A stretch of 34,832 nt of DNA. Source: Bacteroidales bacterium (GTDB lineage: Bacteria; Bacteroidota; Bacteroidia; Bacteroidales; UBA4417). Below the pieces are notes generated by a model that was not told the DNA's origin, searched no databases, and worked only from the letters and a program-made list of their open reading frames with translations. Every line of letters begins with the position of its first letter. Position 1 is the stretch's first letter. The stretch lies in contig JANXXZ010000305.1 in the NCBI GenBank assembly GCA_025350385.1, positions 1 to 34,832 of the forward strand. The letters are read 5' to 3'. This document shows positions 1-9,900 of this stretch, in pieces. The translations under genes and the position numbers were made by a program.

Positions 1-33
1 TCACCTTCGAAAAGGTTCAACAGAATAAAAAAA

Positions 34-1284
34 CTAATTTATTTTAAACTGAACCGGCATATTAAAAAGAACAGTGACCTTTTTTCCGTTTTGTTTGCCC
101 GGGATCCATTCAGGCATCAGTTTTATGACACGGACAGCCTCCTCATCGCAGCCTCCGCCAATTCCTTTAAGAACCTTTATTTTGCCAATCTTACCCTTCC
201 GGTCAACAGCAAAACTGAGATAGACTGTTCCCTGTATACCATTTTCCTGGGCTTGTTGGGGGTAAACAATGTTTTCGGCAAGGAATTTCCTTAGTTTTTC
301 ATCTCCGCCGGGGAATGATGGCATTTCCTCTACTATTGTAAAAACAGAGGACTCTTCTTCTGCCTGTTTTGCCATTTTATTACCCTGTTTCCTTGCCGCT
401 CCAGTTGTCGCTGATTTGGCAGCGTATTCCTTAATTCTACTCTCTTCTGGAATGTTAGTGGCTGTTTCTGCAAGGTATCCGTTCGTATCAAGCGAGGCTT
501 TGTCGGTAACCGCAGTTATACTGGCAACCGGCCATTCATTTTTTGCCTGCTCCAATACAGTTGACTTATTGCCCGCAATTTCAGGCATCTTTTCTTCCGG
601 TACCGGCATTTCATTGGCGGATACTGCGTCATTCATTACCATTTCAGCATTATCAATTTCTGATGAACTCTGAAGTACCATCGCAGTGTAATTTTTTTTC
701 TCACTATAGCGGGGAGGAGCATATATGGCCATTGGTGTTTTTTCATGATCCGAATTGATTGAATCGAGCATAGCCATTATTTTTTCATCCTGTTTTGCCC
801 GCATCAATTGTTTCATGGCAAGCTGATTCTGATGCATATCGGTACTCAGCTTTATGATATAGTATATACCAAAAATCAAAATTATGCTTGCAGCGATTGC
901 TACCCATGCTGACATTACAGGTATCAGCCGGATCTTTTTAACCGATGGTGCCTGTTTGTGAATTTCCATCTGCCTTCGCAACCGTTCATTCATGTTGGCT
1001 ACATGTTCGGTAAAGCCAACAGTTCCACTGCCCCTGCTTGTCTGTCCTGGCCTCCGGTGAACCTCATTCGGATGAGGTAAGCCTTTGGGAGAAGAGCGCC
1101 GGGCGAGCCAGAGCCGCATTCCTTCAAGCGAATCGCTGCATAGCTCACAACTTGCCAGGTGTTCATTGGCCCGGGCAAGATCATTCCCTTCCAGCAAGCC
1201 TTTGGCAAGGCTTTCGAGTACTCCGGCCGACAGGCAGCCTGAGGGGGTGAAAAAGGATGCATTATGGTTGCTGATTTTTGTCAT
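34..1284 (-). CDS. Membrane anti-sigma factor (zf-HC2 type) with C-terminal TonB_C domain
   Basis: 416-aa ORF. The N-terminus has the H-x3-C-x2-C motif (EHLASCELC) of zinc-binding anti-sigma domains. There is one TM helix (VMSAWVAIAASIILIFGIYYII), then a low-complexity linker. The last ~95 aa (FTIVEEMPSFPGGDEKL...GIGGGCDEEAVRVIKLMPEWIPGKQNGK) form a Bacteroidota-type TonB_C. The start overlaps the stop of the upstream sigma gene by 4 nt (ATGA, 1281-1284). Confidence 0.8.
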   Translation of the reverse strand: MTKISNHNASFFTPSGCLSAGVLESLAKGLLEGNDLARANEHLASCELCSDSLEGMRLWLARRSSPKGLPHPNEVHRRPGQTSRGSGTVGFTEHVANMNERLRRQMEIHKQAPSVKKIRLIPVMSAWVAIAASIILIFGIYYIIKLSTDMHQNQLAMKQLMRAKQDEKIMAMLDSINSDHEKTPMAIYAPPRYSEKKNYTAMVLQSSSEIDNAEMVMNDAVSANEMPVPEEKMPEIAGNKSTVLEQAKNEWPVASITAVTDKASLDTNGYLAETATNIPEESRIKEYAAKSATTGAARKQGNKMAKQAEEESSVFTIVEEMPSFPGGDEKLRKFLAENIVYPQQAQENGIQGTVYLSFAVDRKGKIGKIKVLKGIGGGCDEEAVRVIKLMPEWIPGKQNGKKVTVLFNMPVQFKIN

Positions 1285-1895
1285 GATTCGCGGGCATTTT
1301 CAAGGATAATCCTTAGGTTTCGCTTCCCGTTCTGGATATGGCTTTTTACCTCATTGAGGCTGAAACCGGTACTGTCAGAGACTTCCTTATACGATCGTTC
1401 CTCAAGGTAAAACAACCCGATGCATTTACGTTGGGCATCATTTAGTTTCTGAATCGCTATTTCAAGCGTATTGATCAGCTCACTGCCGTAGTTTCCCGGA
1501 ACAAGATGCTCCCCGTCGCCGGTTTCCATAATTACCGATTCCAGTTCTTTCAGGATTTCTTCATTCGAACGCTGCACCGACTTGTTATGTCGCAATAACA
1601 TCAGGCATTCGTTTTTAGCAACGGTGTATAACCAGCTCTTAAAAGTTTTGACCTCGGCTTTTTTCAACTCTTCAAAAAGCTTTTCGAATACCGTCATTAC
1701 CATGTCTTCGGCTTCCGCCTCATTGCCAAGGTATTTCATACAAACTGAAAACACAAGGTGGGTATACCGTTCGTATAACTGTCCCAGGCATTCTGCATCC
1801 TGTGTGCGGGCATATTCCGATACCAGTTGCTCGTCGGTAAGCGAGAGCAATTCCTTCTTTTTATCGTTTTCACGGTTAAAAAAGCGCAGGGCCAA
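1281..1895 (-). CDS. ECF-type RNA polymerase sigma-70 family factor
   Basis: 204-aa ORF. Region 2 is present (LYERYTHLVFSVCMKYLGNEAEAEDMVMTVFEKLF...WLYTVAKNECLMLLR), as is the region 4 HTH (RKCIGLFYLEERSYKEVSDSTGFSLNEVKSHIQNGKRNL). The codon at 1895 is TTG and there is no in-frame ATG before region 2, so the exact start is uncertain. Confidence 0.85.
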   Translation of the reverse strand: MALRFFNRENDKKKELLSLTDEQLVSEYARTQDAECLGQLYERYTHLVFSVCMKYLGNEAEAEDMVMTVFEKLFEELKKAEVKTFKSWLYTVAKNECLMLLRHNKSVQRSNEEILKELESVIMETGDGEHLVPGNYGSELINTLEIAIQKLNDAQRKCIGLFYLEERSYKEVSDSTGFSLNEVKSHIQNGKRNLRIILENARES

Positions 1896-1911
1896 GGGAG
1901 CGGAGTTTTGA

Positions 1912-1919
1912 CAAAGTTA
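1912..1919 (-). promoter_or_regulatory. Candidate Bacteroidota -7 box (TAACTTTG) for the sigma/anti-sigma operon
   Basis: Exact match to the TAnnTTTG consensus on the minus strand, 17 nt upstream of the TTG start at 1895. The motif has only 6 fixed positions, so chance matches are expected. Confidence 0.35.
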
Positions 1920-2050
1920 GTGAAAAAGTAACGGCAGTATTGCCTGTAAGAGAGGTTTGAAGTTTTCTTAACCAACAACCAATCATAGCTTTCAAATACC
2001 CGGATATTCCTGTTATTCCAAAATATTATCCATGTATTTATGGAATATTG

Positions 2051-2076
2051 ATTCAACCTGCATCCTCAGGTTGAAT
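2051..2076. promoter_or_regulatory. Perfect 10-bp inverted repeat (ATTCAACCTG-N6-CAGGTTGAAT) in a divergent control region
   Basis: Read directly. The arms are 2051-2060 and 2067-2076 and are exact reverse complements. The repeat lies between the sigma gene (start 1895, minus strand) and the VIT-VWA gene (start 2144, plus strand). Confidence 0.3.
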
Positions 2077-2143
2077 AGCCACCGATAAGCTGGTTTATCC
2101 AACGCCTCCAACTTTTACAATTCACTTTCTAAATTACACTGAC

Positions 2144-4549
2144 ATGAAAACGGAACACACATCGCTCACAATGGTAAGTTTTACTATTCTGATGCTTCTT
2201 TCGGTAAGCGCATTAATCTTTTGCCAGGTTCCTCAGGCAAACAGGCGGCCCGATTCAATAAATGAAGAATCCGGGAATCCTGACAAAACACTATCTCCCT
2301 ATTTCTTTGTGAAATCTGATGATCCGGGCCTGGATCAGCTTCCCCTCAAATCAACTTCTGCTGAAGTAAATATTGCCGGGGTAATTGCTGATGTTACAGT
2401 TGCACAGGAATATACCAATGAAGGGAAACACCCGATCGAAGCCATTTATGTTTTCCCGGCATCGACCCGCGCAGCGGTATACAGCATGAAAATGACTATT
2501 GGCACACGCACTATCAGGGCTAAAATTTCTGAACGCGAAAAAGCCCGTAAGGATTATGAAGAAGCAAAGCACCAGGGGAAAAGCGCTTCATTGCTCGAAG
2601 AGCAGCGCCCCAACGTGTTCCAGATGAATGTGGCCAATATCATGCCCAACGATCATGTAGTTGTAGAACTGAAGTACACCGAATTGCTCATTCCCGAAGA
2701 CGGGGTATATGCATTTGTCTATCCCACAGTAGTTGGCCCGCGCTATTCCAACAAACCGGAAGCCTCAACCCGATCACAGGAACATTGGGTTGCCAACCCC
2801 TATACCCATGAAGGGGAAAAACCTGCCAGTACCTTTGGCCTCCGGTGTTCCATCTCGGCCGGGTTACCTATAAGCGAGGTAAAATGCCCGTCGCACAAAA
2901 CCAATATCAACTTTGAGAGTCCGGCTGAGGCCGTTATTCTTCTTGATCCTTCCGAAAAACAAGGCGGCAACCGGGATTTTATCCTCAACTACCGGCTTGC
3001 CGGCAATAAGGTTGAAACAGGACTGATCCTTTACCCTGGCGAAAAGGAGAATTTCTTCCTGACAATGATCCAACCGCCTAAGCTGTTACTACCGGATCAG
3101 ATTCCGCAAAGGGAATACATTTTCATTATGGATGTTTCCGGTTCTATGCAGGGATATCCGATTGATATCTCAAAAAAACTGATGCACGATCTTGTCGGGA
3201 AACTGAAAACGACTGACCGCTTCAACATCCTTCTTTTTGCCGGGGGCAGCAGCCTGTTTTTGAAAGAATCGGTTGCAGCTACTTCCGAGAATCTTGATAA
3301 AGCGATAGCCTTTATTGATAAGGAAAACGGCGGAGGCGGAACCGAACTTTTACCCGCGTTGAAGGAAGCCCTTGCGCTGAAGGGAACCGAAGGCTATGCC
3401 CGCAGTTTCGTGATCGCAACAGATGGATATGTGGATGTGGAACGCGAAGCCTTTGACCTGATCAGGAAAAACCTCGACAAGGCCAATTTCTTTCCGTTTG
3501 GAATCGGTACTTCGGTTAACCGTTACCTGATGGAAGGAATGGCTCATGCCGGCGGGGGAATGCCCTTTGTGATCACCAACCCTTCTGATGCAACTAAAGA
3601 AGCAGCGCGTTTCCGTAAGTATGTTCAAAACCCGGTTCTGAGCCACATTAAAGTAAGTTTCAAGGATTTTGAAACCTACGATGTGGAACCCCTGAGTGTC
3701 CCGGATGTGTTTTCGGAACGGCCCGTCCTGATGTTTGGCAAATACAGGGGAAACCCGTCCGGAACCATCAGCATAACAGGTATTACAGGCGCAGGCAACT
3801 TTTCGGATCATATTGATGTAAGCATGGTTAAGCCTCTGAAATCGAACAATGCCCTTCGCTATCTCTGGGCCCGCGAACGCATCAGGAATTACGACGACTT
3901 TGATGCCATCGGTGATGAGAATAAGCAACAGATCACCGAACTGGGGCTCACCTATAACCTGCTTACCCGCTTTACCTCTTTCCTGGCTATTGATAGTGAA
4001 GTCAGGAATAAGGACGGTAATTCTACAACCATCAAACAGCTGCTTCCCTTGCCCGAAGGGGTGAATGACGCTGCGGTAGGAGGAGTGGGAGCTACTGCAT
4101 ACTCAAAAAGCATGAGTAATAATTTATCAGGTTCTAATTCGCTTAATATTGTTTCTTGCGATGCTGTGCGAAAAGAGGTGGTTGAAATGGAGATAATTGA
4201 CAACAATATGCCTGAACCTGAAGGACACCAACCCATTTTAACGATAGTTGAGCAAATGCCTTCATTTCCGGGAGGAGAACCAGCAAAGCTGACGTTCCTG
4301 GCTAATAATCTTCATTATCCGGAACTGGCGCAGGAATCAGGCATCCGGGGAACGGTCTACTTACGGTTTATTGTGAAAGCGGATGGGTCTGTTACGGATA
4401 TTAAGATCATTAGGGGAATTGGCGGTGGCTGTGACGAGGAGGCAATCCGTGTTGTGAAACTTATGCCTAAATGGGTTCCCGGAAAGCAAAAGGGGAAAAA
4501 CGTAGACGTGTTGTTTACTATGCCAATCAGTTTTGTTTTGTCTAGATAG
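2144..4549 (+). CDS. Secreted or anchored VIT domain + von Willebrand factor A domain protein with C-terminal TonB_C domain
   Basis: 801-aa ORF with a hydrophobic N-terminus (VSFTILMLLSVSALIFC). VIT-like region: LKSTSAEVNIAGVIADVTVAQEYTNEG...IYVFPASTRAAVYSMKMTIGTRTIRAKI. VWA domain with a MIDAS DxSxS motif (IFIMDVSGSMQG) and a downstream ATDGYVD. The last ~95 aa (LTIVEQMPSFPGGEPAKL...GIGGGCDEEAIRVVKLMPKWVPGKQKGK) form a TonB_C. Confidence 0.85.
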   Translation: MKTEHTSLTMVSFTILMLLSVSALIFCQVPQANRRPDSINEESGNPDKTLSPYFFVKSDDPGLDQLPLKSTSAEVNIAGVIADVTVAQEYTNEGKHPIEAIYVFPASTRAAVYSMKMTIGTRTIRAKISEREKARKDYEEAKHQGKSASLLEEQRPNVFQMNVANIMPNDHVVVELKYTELLIPEDGVYAFVYPTVVGPRYSNKPEASTRSQEHWVANPYTHEGEKPASTFGLRCSISAGLPISEVKCPSHKTNINFESPAEAVILLDPSEKQGGNRDFILNYRLAGNKVETGLILYPGEKENFFLTMIQPPKLLLPDQIPQREYIFIMDVSGSMQGYPIDISKKLMHDLVGKLKTTDRFNILLFAGGSSLFLKESVAATSENLDKAIAFIDKENGGGGTELLPALKEALALKGTEGYARSFVIATDGYVDVEREAFDLIRKNLDKANFFPFGIGTSVNRYLMEGMAHAGGGMPFVITNPSDATKEAARFRKYVQNPVLSHIKVSFKDFETYDVEPLSVPDVFSERPVLMFGKYRGNPSGTISITGITGAGNFSDHIDVSMVKPLKSNNALRYLWARERIRNYDDFDAIGDENKQQITELGLTYNLLTRFTSFLAIDSEVRNKDGNSTTIKQLLPLPEGVNDAAVGGVGATAYSKSMSNNLSGSNSLNIVSCDAVRKEVVEMEIIDNNMPEPEGHQPILTIVEQMPSFPGGEPAKLTFLANNLHYPELAQESGIRGTVYLRFIVKADGSVTDIKIIRGIGGGCDEEAIRVVKLMPKWVPGKQKGKNVDVLFTMPISFVLSR

Positions 4550-4572
4550 CATAATATCAGGCATATAGTAAA

Positions 4573-4607
4573 CCACTAAGGCACTAAGAGCACGAAGAGA
4601 CACAAAG
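4573..4607 (+). repeat. Degenerate ~8-nt tandem module, GCACTAAG family
   Basis: CCACTAAG GCACTAAG AGCACGAAG AGACACAAAG, 24 nt downstream of the stop at 4549. The same unit recurs at 6691-6727 and 17953-18014. Confidence 0.6.
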
Positions 4608-4691
4608 AAAAAATCAGGATAAAGGAAACGGACCGGCATACCGGGGAAGCAATTAAGAAAACTATTGTTTAATCCTTAAAAACCCATTAAA

Positions 4692-5483
4692 ATGAAAACG
4701 CAAAAATCAAAGGTTGCTCAAATGGATGAAATCATTTTTGAGAACAGGAACAAGGCCTATGGCGCTTACATTCTGCGTAAGATGTACCGCAGGAACCTGA
4801 GCCGCGCACTCTTTATATCTGTTGCTATCCTACTTGCCGCACTTGCTTATCCGCTTGTATCAAGCTATAATGCTACTAATGGAAGAAAGACAATTACAGT
4901 TGTAGTGGACGGCACTATCGATAAATTGGATCACCCTCCAATTGAACCACCGGAACTACCAAATCCTCCTACATCAACCGAAGCTTGGGTTAAACGGGTC
5001 ATATTTGTTGCACCAACCATTGTTGATGGTCAGGTTGAGGGAGAAATTGAGTTTCCGGCACCGGATGAACTGACAAATAAACCGATCAATGAACCGCTGG
5101 ATATCCAAACAGGAGGTACAGACAAAAGTCCCACCGAGACAATTGAAATTCCTGATGAAACCCCTCCTGCTATATTTGTTCAGGAAATGCCTGAATTTCC
5201 GGGAGGTGATTCTGAGAGGATTAATTTCCTGGCTAAAAATACAGCTTTTCCCACAATGGCAACACAATCAAACATTCAGGGAACAGTGTATGTACAATTC
5301 GTTGTTGACACGAAAGGTAACATTACGGATGTGAAGGTTCTTCGTGGTATCGGGGGCGGTTGCGATGAGGAAGCTATACGTGTTATTAAGATGATGCCGC
5401 AATGGCATCCGGGCAGACAGAATGGGAAACCAGTGCGCGTTCTTTATAATATGGGGATTACATTTACAATCAAGGGCACTTAA
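4692..5483 (+). CDS. Energy transducer TonB family protein
   Basis: 263-aa ORF with an N-terminal TM anchor (ALFISVAILLAALAYPLV), a Pro-rich spacer (HPPIEPPELPNPPTS) and a C-terminal TonB_C (FVQEMPEFPGGDSERI...GIGGGCDEEAIRVIKMMPQWHPGRQNGK). Confidence 0.85.
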   Translation: MKTQKSKVAQMDEIIFENRNKAYGAYILRKMYRRNLSRALFISVAILLAALAYPLVSSYNATNGRKTITVVVDGTIDKLDHPPIEPPELPNPPTSTEAWVKRVIFVAPTIVDGQVEGEIEFPAPDELTNKPINEPLDIQTGGTDKSPTETIEIPDETPPAIFVQEMPEFPGGDSERINFLAKNTAFPTMATQSNIQGTVYVQFVVDTKGNITDVKVLRGIGGGCDEEAIRVIKMMPQWHPGRQNGKPVRVLYNMGITFTIKGT

Positions 5484-5533
5484 TGGTTAAAATACACAAC
5501 ATTATTTGATCAAGGTGCAACACCAGGCATGTG

Positions 5534-6628
5534 TCAGGCTTCATTTCCAAAGCCCGGCACATGATTCTGTTTTTTTGGAATTTTGTAACGTCTCCAGAAT
5601 TTCCAGGTTGTCAGACTTGTGTATGTGATCAGTTTATTAATAAGGGGGAATTGCATCAGGTAGTGAAGCAATTTATACCCCGAGAAAAAAACCAGCATGA
5701 TCATTAGCCATTTTACCGCGAAGTACAGGGTTTCATAAGCCAGTCCTGAACCGGAAAACACGTTAGCGACCAGTTCCGTAACTTTTGACGATAGGAAAGG
5801 ATTAATAAAAGCAGTCGACAGGAACAAAAGCAGGAAGACAAACGCGTGAGCGGTTTCGATAGCGCGTTTCGGGCAATAATTCATACAATGCATACAGCTT
5901 TCGCAGGTAAATTTCCAGTATGGCTGGTTCCCCGAAATGATTATAGATTTGGTAGGGCATTGCTCAACACAAATTCCGCAGTTATTGCAATTGTAATTGG
6001 CCACAAAAGTCTTAGCGATAATAAACCGGCCGATAAAATAGTAACCTAAGGCCAGTGGCGCAACCAGCATGTCAAGGGGCAATAAAATGAATGATTTCAG
6101 GAAAACCGGTCTGCCTGCCAATACTTCATCGGCAAACCAGTTTGTTAGCCTGTTGCAACGCTCATACATTGAATTTATTACTTTTGAACGCAATCCGGGA
6201 TGAATTGAAATCCAGTTTGAGGGCAGATCGACCGGGTACATTGCCTTGATAGAATATCCTTTAAACAGCATGATGAGAGACGGGAAGTACATAGCCAGCC
6301 CGCTTAATCCCGGCAGGAATAATTTCCAGAGTTTCATGCCAGCCCGGGTATTACCTATGAACACATCCGACCCTTTGAGCGCCTTAAAATGCACAAGAAA
6401 GTTGAGCATGGAATGAGGCATATTGAATCCATGGGTAGCCGAAAAAAAGCCGATCAGCGTTTTTCCTTCAAAACTGCTAATATTTGAAACCTCAAACGTA
6501 TTAAATGAACTGATATGGGTTTTCATCCCTCTTTTTATGGCATTCTGCACTATCCATTCCGAAATCCTTTTTGAATTCCCGGTGCCGGAATAATAGATCA
6601 TTAAAAGGTTGTCATATTTATTTTCCAT
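5534..6628 (-). CDS. Membrane protein with flavodoxin-like N-terminus and 2x[4Fe-4S] ferredoxin domain (EFR1-family-like)
   Basis: 364-aa ORF. It has a flavodoxin-type FMN loop (LMIYYSGTGNSKRI) and two CxxCxxCxxxCP motifs (CNNCGICVEQCP, CESCMHCMNYCP). Hydrophobic helices lie in the middle and C-terminal parts. Confidence 0.75.
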   Translation of the reverse strand: MENKYDNLLMIYYSGTGNSKRISEWIVQNAIKRGMKTHISSFNTFEVSNISSFEGKTLIGFFSATHGFNMPHSMLNFLVHFKALKGSDVFIGNTRAGMKLWKLFLPGLSGLAMYFPSLIMLFKGYSIKAMYPVDLPSNWISIHPGLRSKVINSMYERCNRLTNWFADEVLAGRPVFLKSFILLPLDMLVAPLALGYYFIGRFIIAKTFVANYNCNNCGICVEQCPTKSIIISGNQPYWKFTCESCMHCMNYCPKRAIETAHAFVFLLLFLSTAFINPFLSSKVTELVANVFSGSGLAYETLYFAVKWLMIMLVFFSGYKLLHYLMQFPLINKLITYTSLTTWKFWRRYKIPKKQNHVPGFGNEA

Positions 6629-6690
6629 CAGGATTCAGTTGTAGGAACAGAGGGAAGGAGGTATACAGGTTTCAGGGATTTATCACAACT

Positions 6691-6753
6691 CTAAGCACTA
6701 TGCACCAAGCACTAAGCACTAAATACTCTGCCCCTGGCATCCGGCACCGGCAC
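6691..6753 (+). repeat. GCACTAAG-family tandem module followed by a GGCA/CCGG-rich motif
   Basis: CTAAGCACTATGCACCAAGCACTAAGCACTAAATACT, then GGCATCCGGCACCGGCAC. Positions 6691-6713 match 17957-17979 at 22 of 23 positions. Confidence 0.6.
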
Positions 6754-6912
6754 TTTGAATAACGTGCTGCTGACATGGGGAAACAGGATACATGCAGTTC
6801 TCAGTTTTTCAGTTCCGGCTTCCGTTTTGAGTCTGAACAAATGTATTAAATTTCCATAGATTGAACTCTTTCTAAATTGGTTATTTACGGGAAAACAACT
6901 CCTTAATTCACT

Positions 6913-6920
6913 TAATTTTG
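6913..6920 (+). promoter_or_regulatory. Candidate -7 box (TAATTTTG) for the fused oxidoreductase gene
   Basis: Exact TAnnTTTG match 57 nt upstream of the ATG at 6977. Confidence 0.3.
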
Positions 6921-6976
6921 CCGCGTCATTTTACTTTTTTAAAGCAGGATTCCCTTTCTGACAACTCCCGTTTACT

Positions 6977-9900
6977 ATGCATAAGATTGAACAACACCCC
7001 ATTCTTGAGGTTCCAACCCCCGATAAAGCTACTTTTCTTTTTGAAGGCGAAACAATATTCGGCGAAAGAGGATTTACCATAGCAGCAGCCCTTCACCAGG
7101 CAGGCCACCCTGTTCACAGTCACAGTCTGCATAACCGTGAACGCAGCCTTGAATGCGGTATTGGTAAATGCGGCGCCTGTGAAATGCTGGTCGACGGGCA
7201 GGTCCGCCGAATATGTATCACCACGGTTGATAATGTTAGGAAAGTACAGGAAATCCCACATAATTATACCCCTTCGGTTAAACAAATCAAAAAGGACACA
7301 GCCATTAAGGTGCATAAAACCACCGTTGCCATCATTGGCGCCGGGCCTGCCGGTCTTGCCTGCCGGGAAGAACTGAACAGGCAGGGTATTGATAATATTG
7401 TAATCGATAATAATGATAAAATCGGCGGACAATTCCTTATGCAGACCCACCAGTTTTTCTTTTTTGAGAAGGAAAAGAAATTCGGGGGAATGCGTGGTTT
7501 CGACATTGCCAAAACACTTGCCGGCGACAACCATGAAGGCATTTTCCCGAATTCCACAGTATGGGACATACTGGAAGGAAGGCGTATCGCGGTAAAGAAT
7601 ATTAAAACGGAAGAGATTTACTATGTGGATGCTGACCACCTGGTAGTTGCCACCGGTGCTGTGCCCTTTATGCCAACCTTCGAAAATGATGACCTGCCGG
7701 GAGTCTATACAGCCGCTGTGGTGCAGAAAATGATGAACAATGAGTTCACGCTCCTCGGTAAAAGTGTATTGACGGTGGGTGCAGGCAATATAGGTTACCT
7801 GACTTCTTACCAGTTGGTCCAGGCCGGCGCAAAAGTGAAGGCTATCATAGAGGCGCAACCTTTTGAAGGGGGTTTCCCTGTGCAGGCAAACCGTATCCGC
7901 AGGCTTGGTATCCCGGTGTTAACATCCCAGATTTTGCTGAAGGCCATTCCAAACGATGACCATTCAGGTATTGTGGGAGCCGTGATTGCCGACTGCATCA
8001 ACTTTGAACCGGTACCGGGTACTGAACGGATTATTGACGGTATTGATGCCATCAATATCTGCACCGGCCTTGTTTCGGATGACCAGCTTCTCATAAAAGG
8101 AAACGAAATTTTTGGCCGCCAGTGTTATGGGGCAGGGGATGCCATCAGGATTGGCGAAGGTACCAGTGCTGTGGTCCGGGGCAAACAGGTGGCTTTTGAA
8201 ATCCTGCAGGAAATGGCGGAATCATTCAACTATGATGAATACCTCTCCGTTTCGAAAGAATACATTGATTCGCAGCAGCATCCTTACAAGGTGATTGAAG
8301 AGCCGTATAAACCCAGCCTGGAACGGATGAATGAAAAACCGTTCGTTCTGATTGACTGTTTGTACGGATTTGCCTGCAATCCCTGCGAGTTTGCCTGTCC
8401 TCACGGTGCCATCACCAAAACATCCACCAGTACAGTCCCGGATATTGATTTCGGAAAATGCATCGGCTGCATGGATTGTGTTTACCAATGCCCGGGACTG
8501 GCTATTTTCGGCTACAGCCTTAAAAAAGACTGGCTTTTCCTTCCAATTGAATATACCGCGCAGGAAAAGGCTGAAGTATTCCTGGTGGATAATAACGGTA
8601 AAAAACTGGGTAACGGTATTATTGAAAAAATTCTGAAGAAGGCAAATAAAACAGACATTGCCCGTGTAAAATCGTTGGATGTGCATGGAGAGGAGCTGGC
8701 AAATGTCAGGGGTTTCATAGTCAAAGAGAATTATCCAATCCCAGTTACATCGAAACCAACCAGCTACCAGCGTGAACAGGAAATGTACGTATGTCATTGC
8801 GATGATGTGACATTGGGCGAAGTTTTATCCACCATTGGTGACCGGAAATTTATTTCGGTGGATGAAATCAAACATACCACCCGGCTTGGGATGGGCGCCT
8901 GCCGGGGAAAGCGCTGTATCCGCCGCTTAAAACAGGTGATGCGTAATAAGGGAATCTCAATTGTCGGCGACGCAACTCCCCGTGGACCACTCAGCAACCA
9001 GCTGGCCATGGGTGAATTATACCCCAGCACAGTCCGCGAAAAAGTGATCATTCATCATAACGGAACACCAACCCGGAAAATTGAAGTGCAGGCAGTTGTT
9101 GCAGGCGGAGGTATAGGAGGAAGCGCTGTATTCCGTTATTTATCGGAGGCAGGAATGAATCCCGTTCTCATAAATTATGGCAGGGGAGCTTCCTGGCGCA
9201 ATATTGCCGGTGGCAGGCCCGCGTTCAGCCTTCCCGAAATTGCCGATATAGCCAGGCATAACCATGAGATTTTTAAAGAGTTGCAGACACTGCGTGATAT
9301 AAACCTGCTAAAAACGAGGTATGTAACCTTTGCTCATGATGATGCAACATATAAAGCGCTGGATGAAGCACGGTCGTATTCAGATGCCTATTTGATTGAT
9401 CCGTCAAAATATGCCAGAGAGATATCGCCGGGTATAAATCCGGACCTCGGCAAAACTTACCAGGCAGCCCAGATTACCCGTGATTGCTGGCAGGCTACCC
9501 CGGGTCGTGTAATAGATCTTATCCGCCGCATTGGTATAGAAAAGGGTGGTAAGGTCTATGAAGATTGCCAGCTGGTAGATGTACGCCGTGAAAATGGCAA
9601 CTATATTGCCCTGGTTAAAGACCATGAGAGAAACTATATTGAGTTCCACACCCGGCATTTTGTAAATGCCCTGGGACCCGAAAGCGAAAAGTTTTCTCGC
9701 CAGTTGGGAATTGAAACAGGACTTTTCCCAGTAAGACACCAGGCATTCATAACCAGGCGACTTCCTAATCTTGGAATGAACGGTCAGCCGCTTGATATGC
9801 TTATTGATCGACGGAAATACAAAGGCTTTTCTGCTGTATACGGTCAACAATTGGGCGAAACCGGCCAGGTGATTGGTTGTGCTTCTCCTTTGGTGGAGCA

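Noticed and set aside
3350-3928. 192-aa minus-strand ORF inside the VIT-VWA gene, and similar antisense ORFs at 8222-8797, 15791-16318, 16968-17357, 11442-11837, 29207-29716 and 33272-33709
   Set aside because: All are embedded antisense or out of frame within CDS that carry strong family motifs. None shows a domain signature or its own start context.
6926-7858. 310-aa ORF on the minus strand, the longest unannotated ORF in the track
   Set aside because: It lies entirely antisense to the motif-rich 5' part of the 1078-aa oxidoreductase gene. It has no recognisable motif and an odd His/Cys/Phe-rich composition. I treat it as a shadow ORF.
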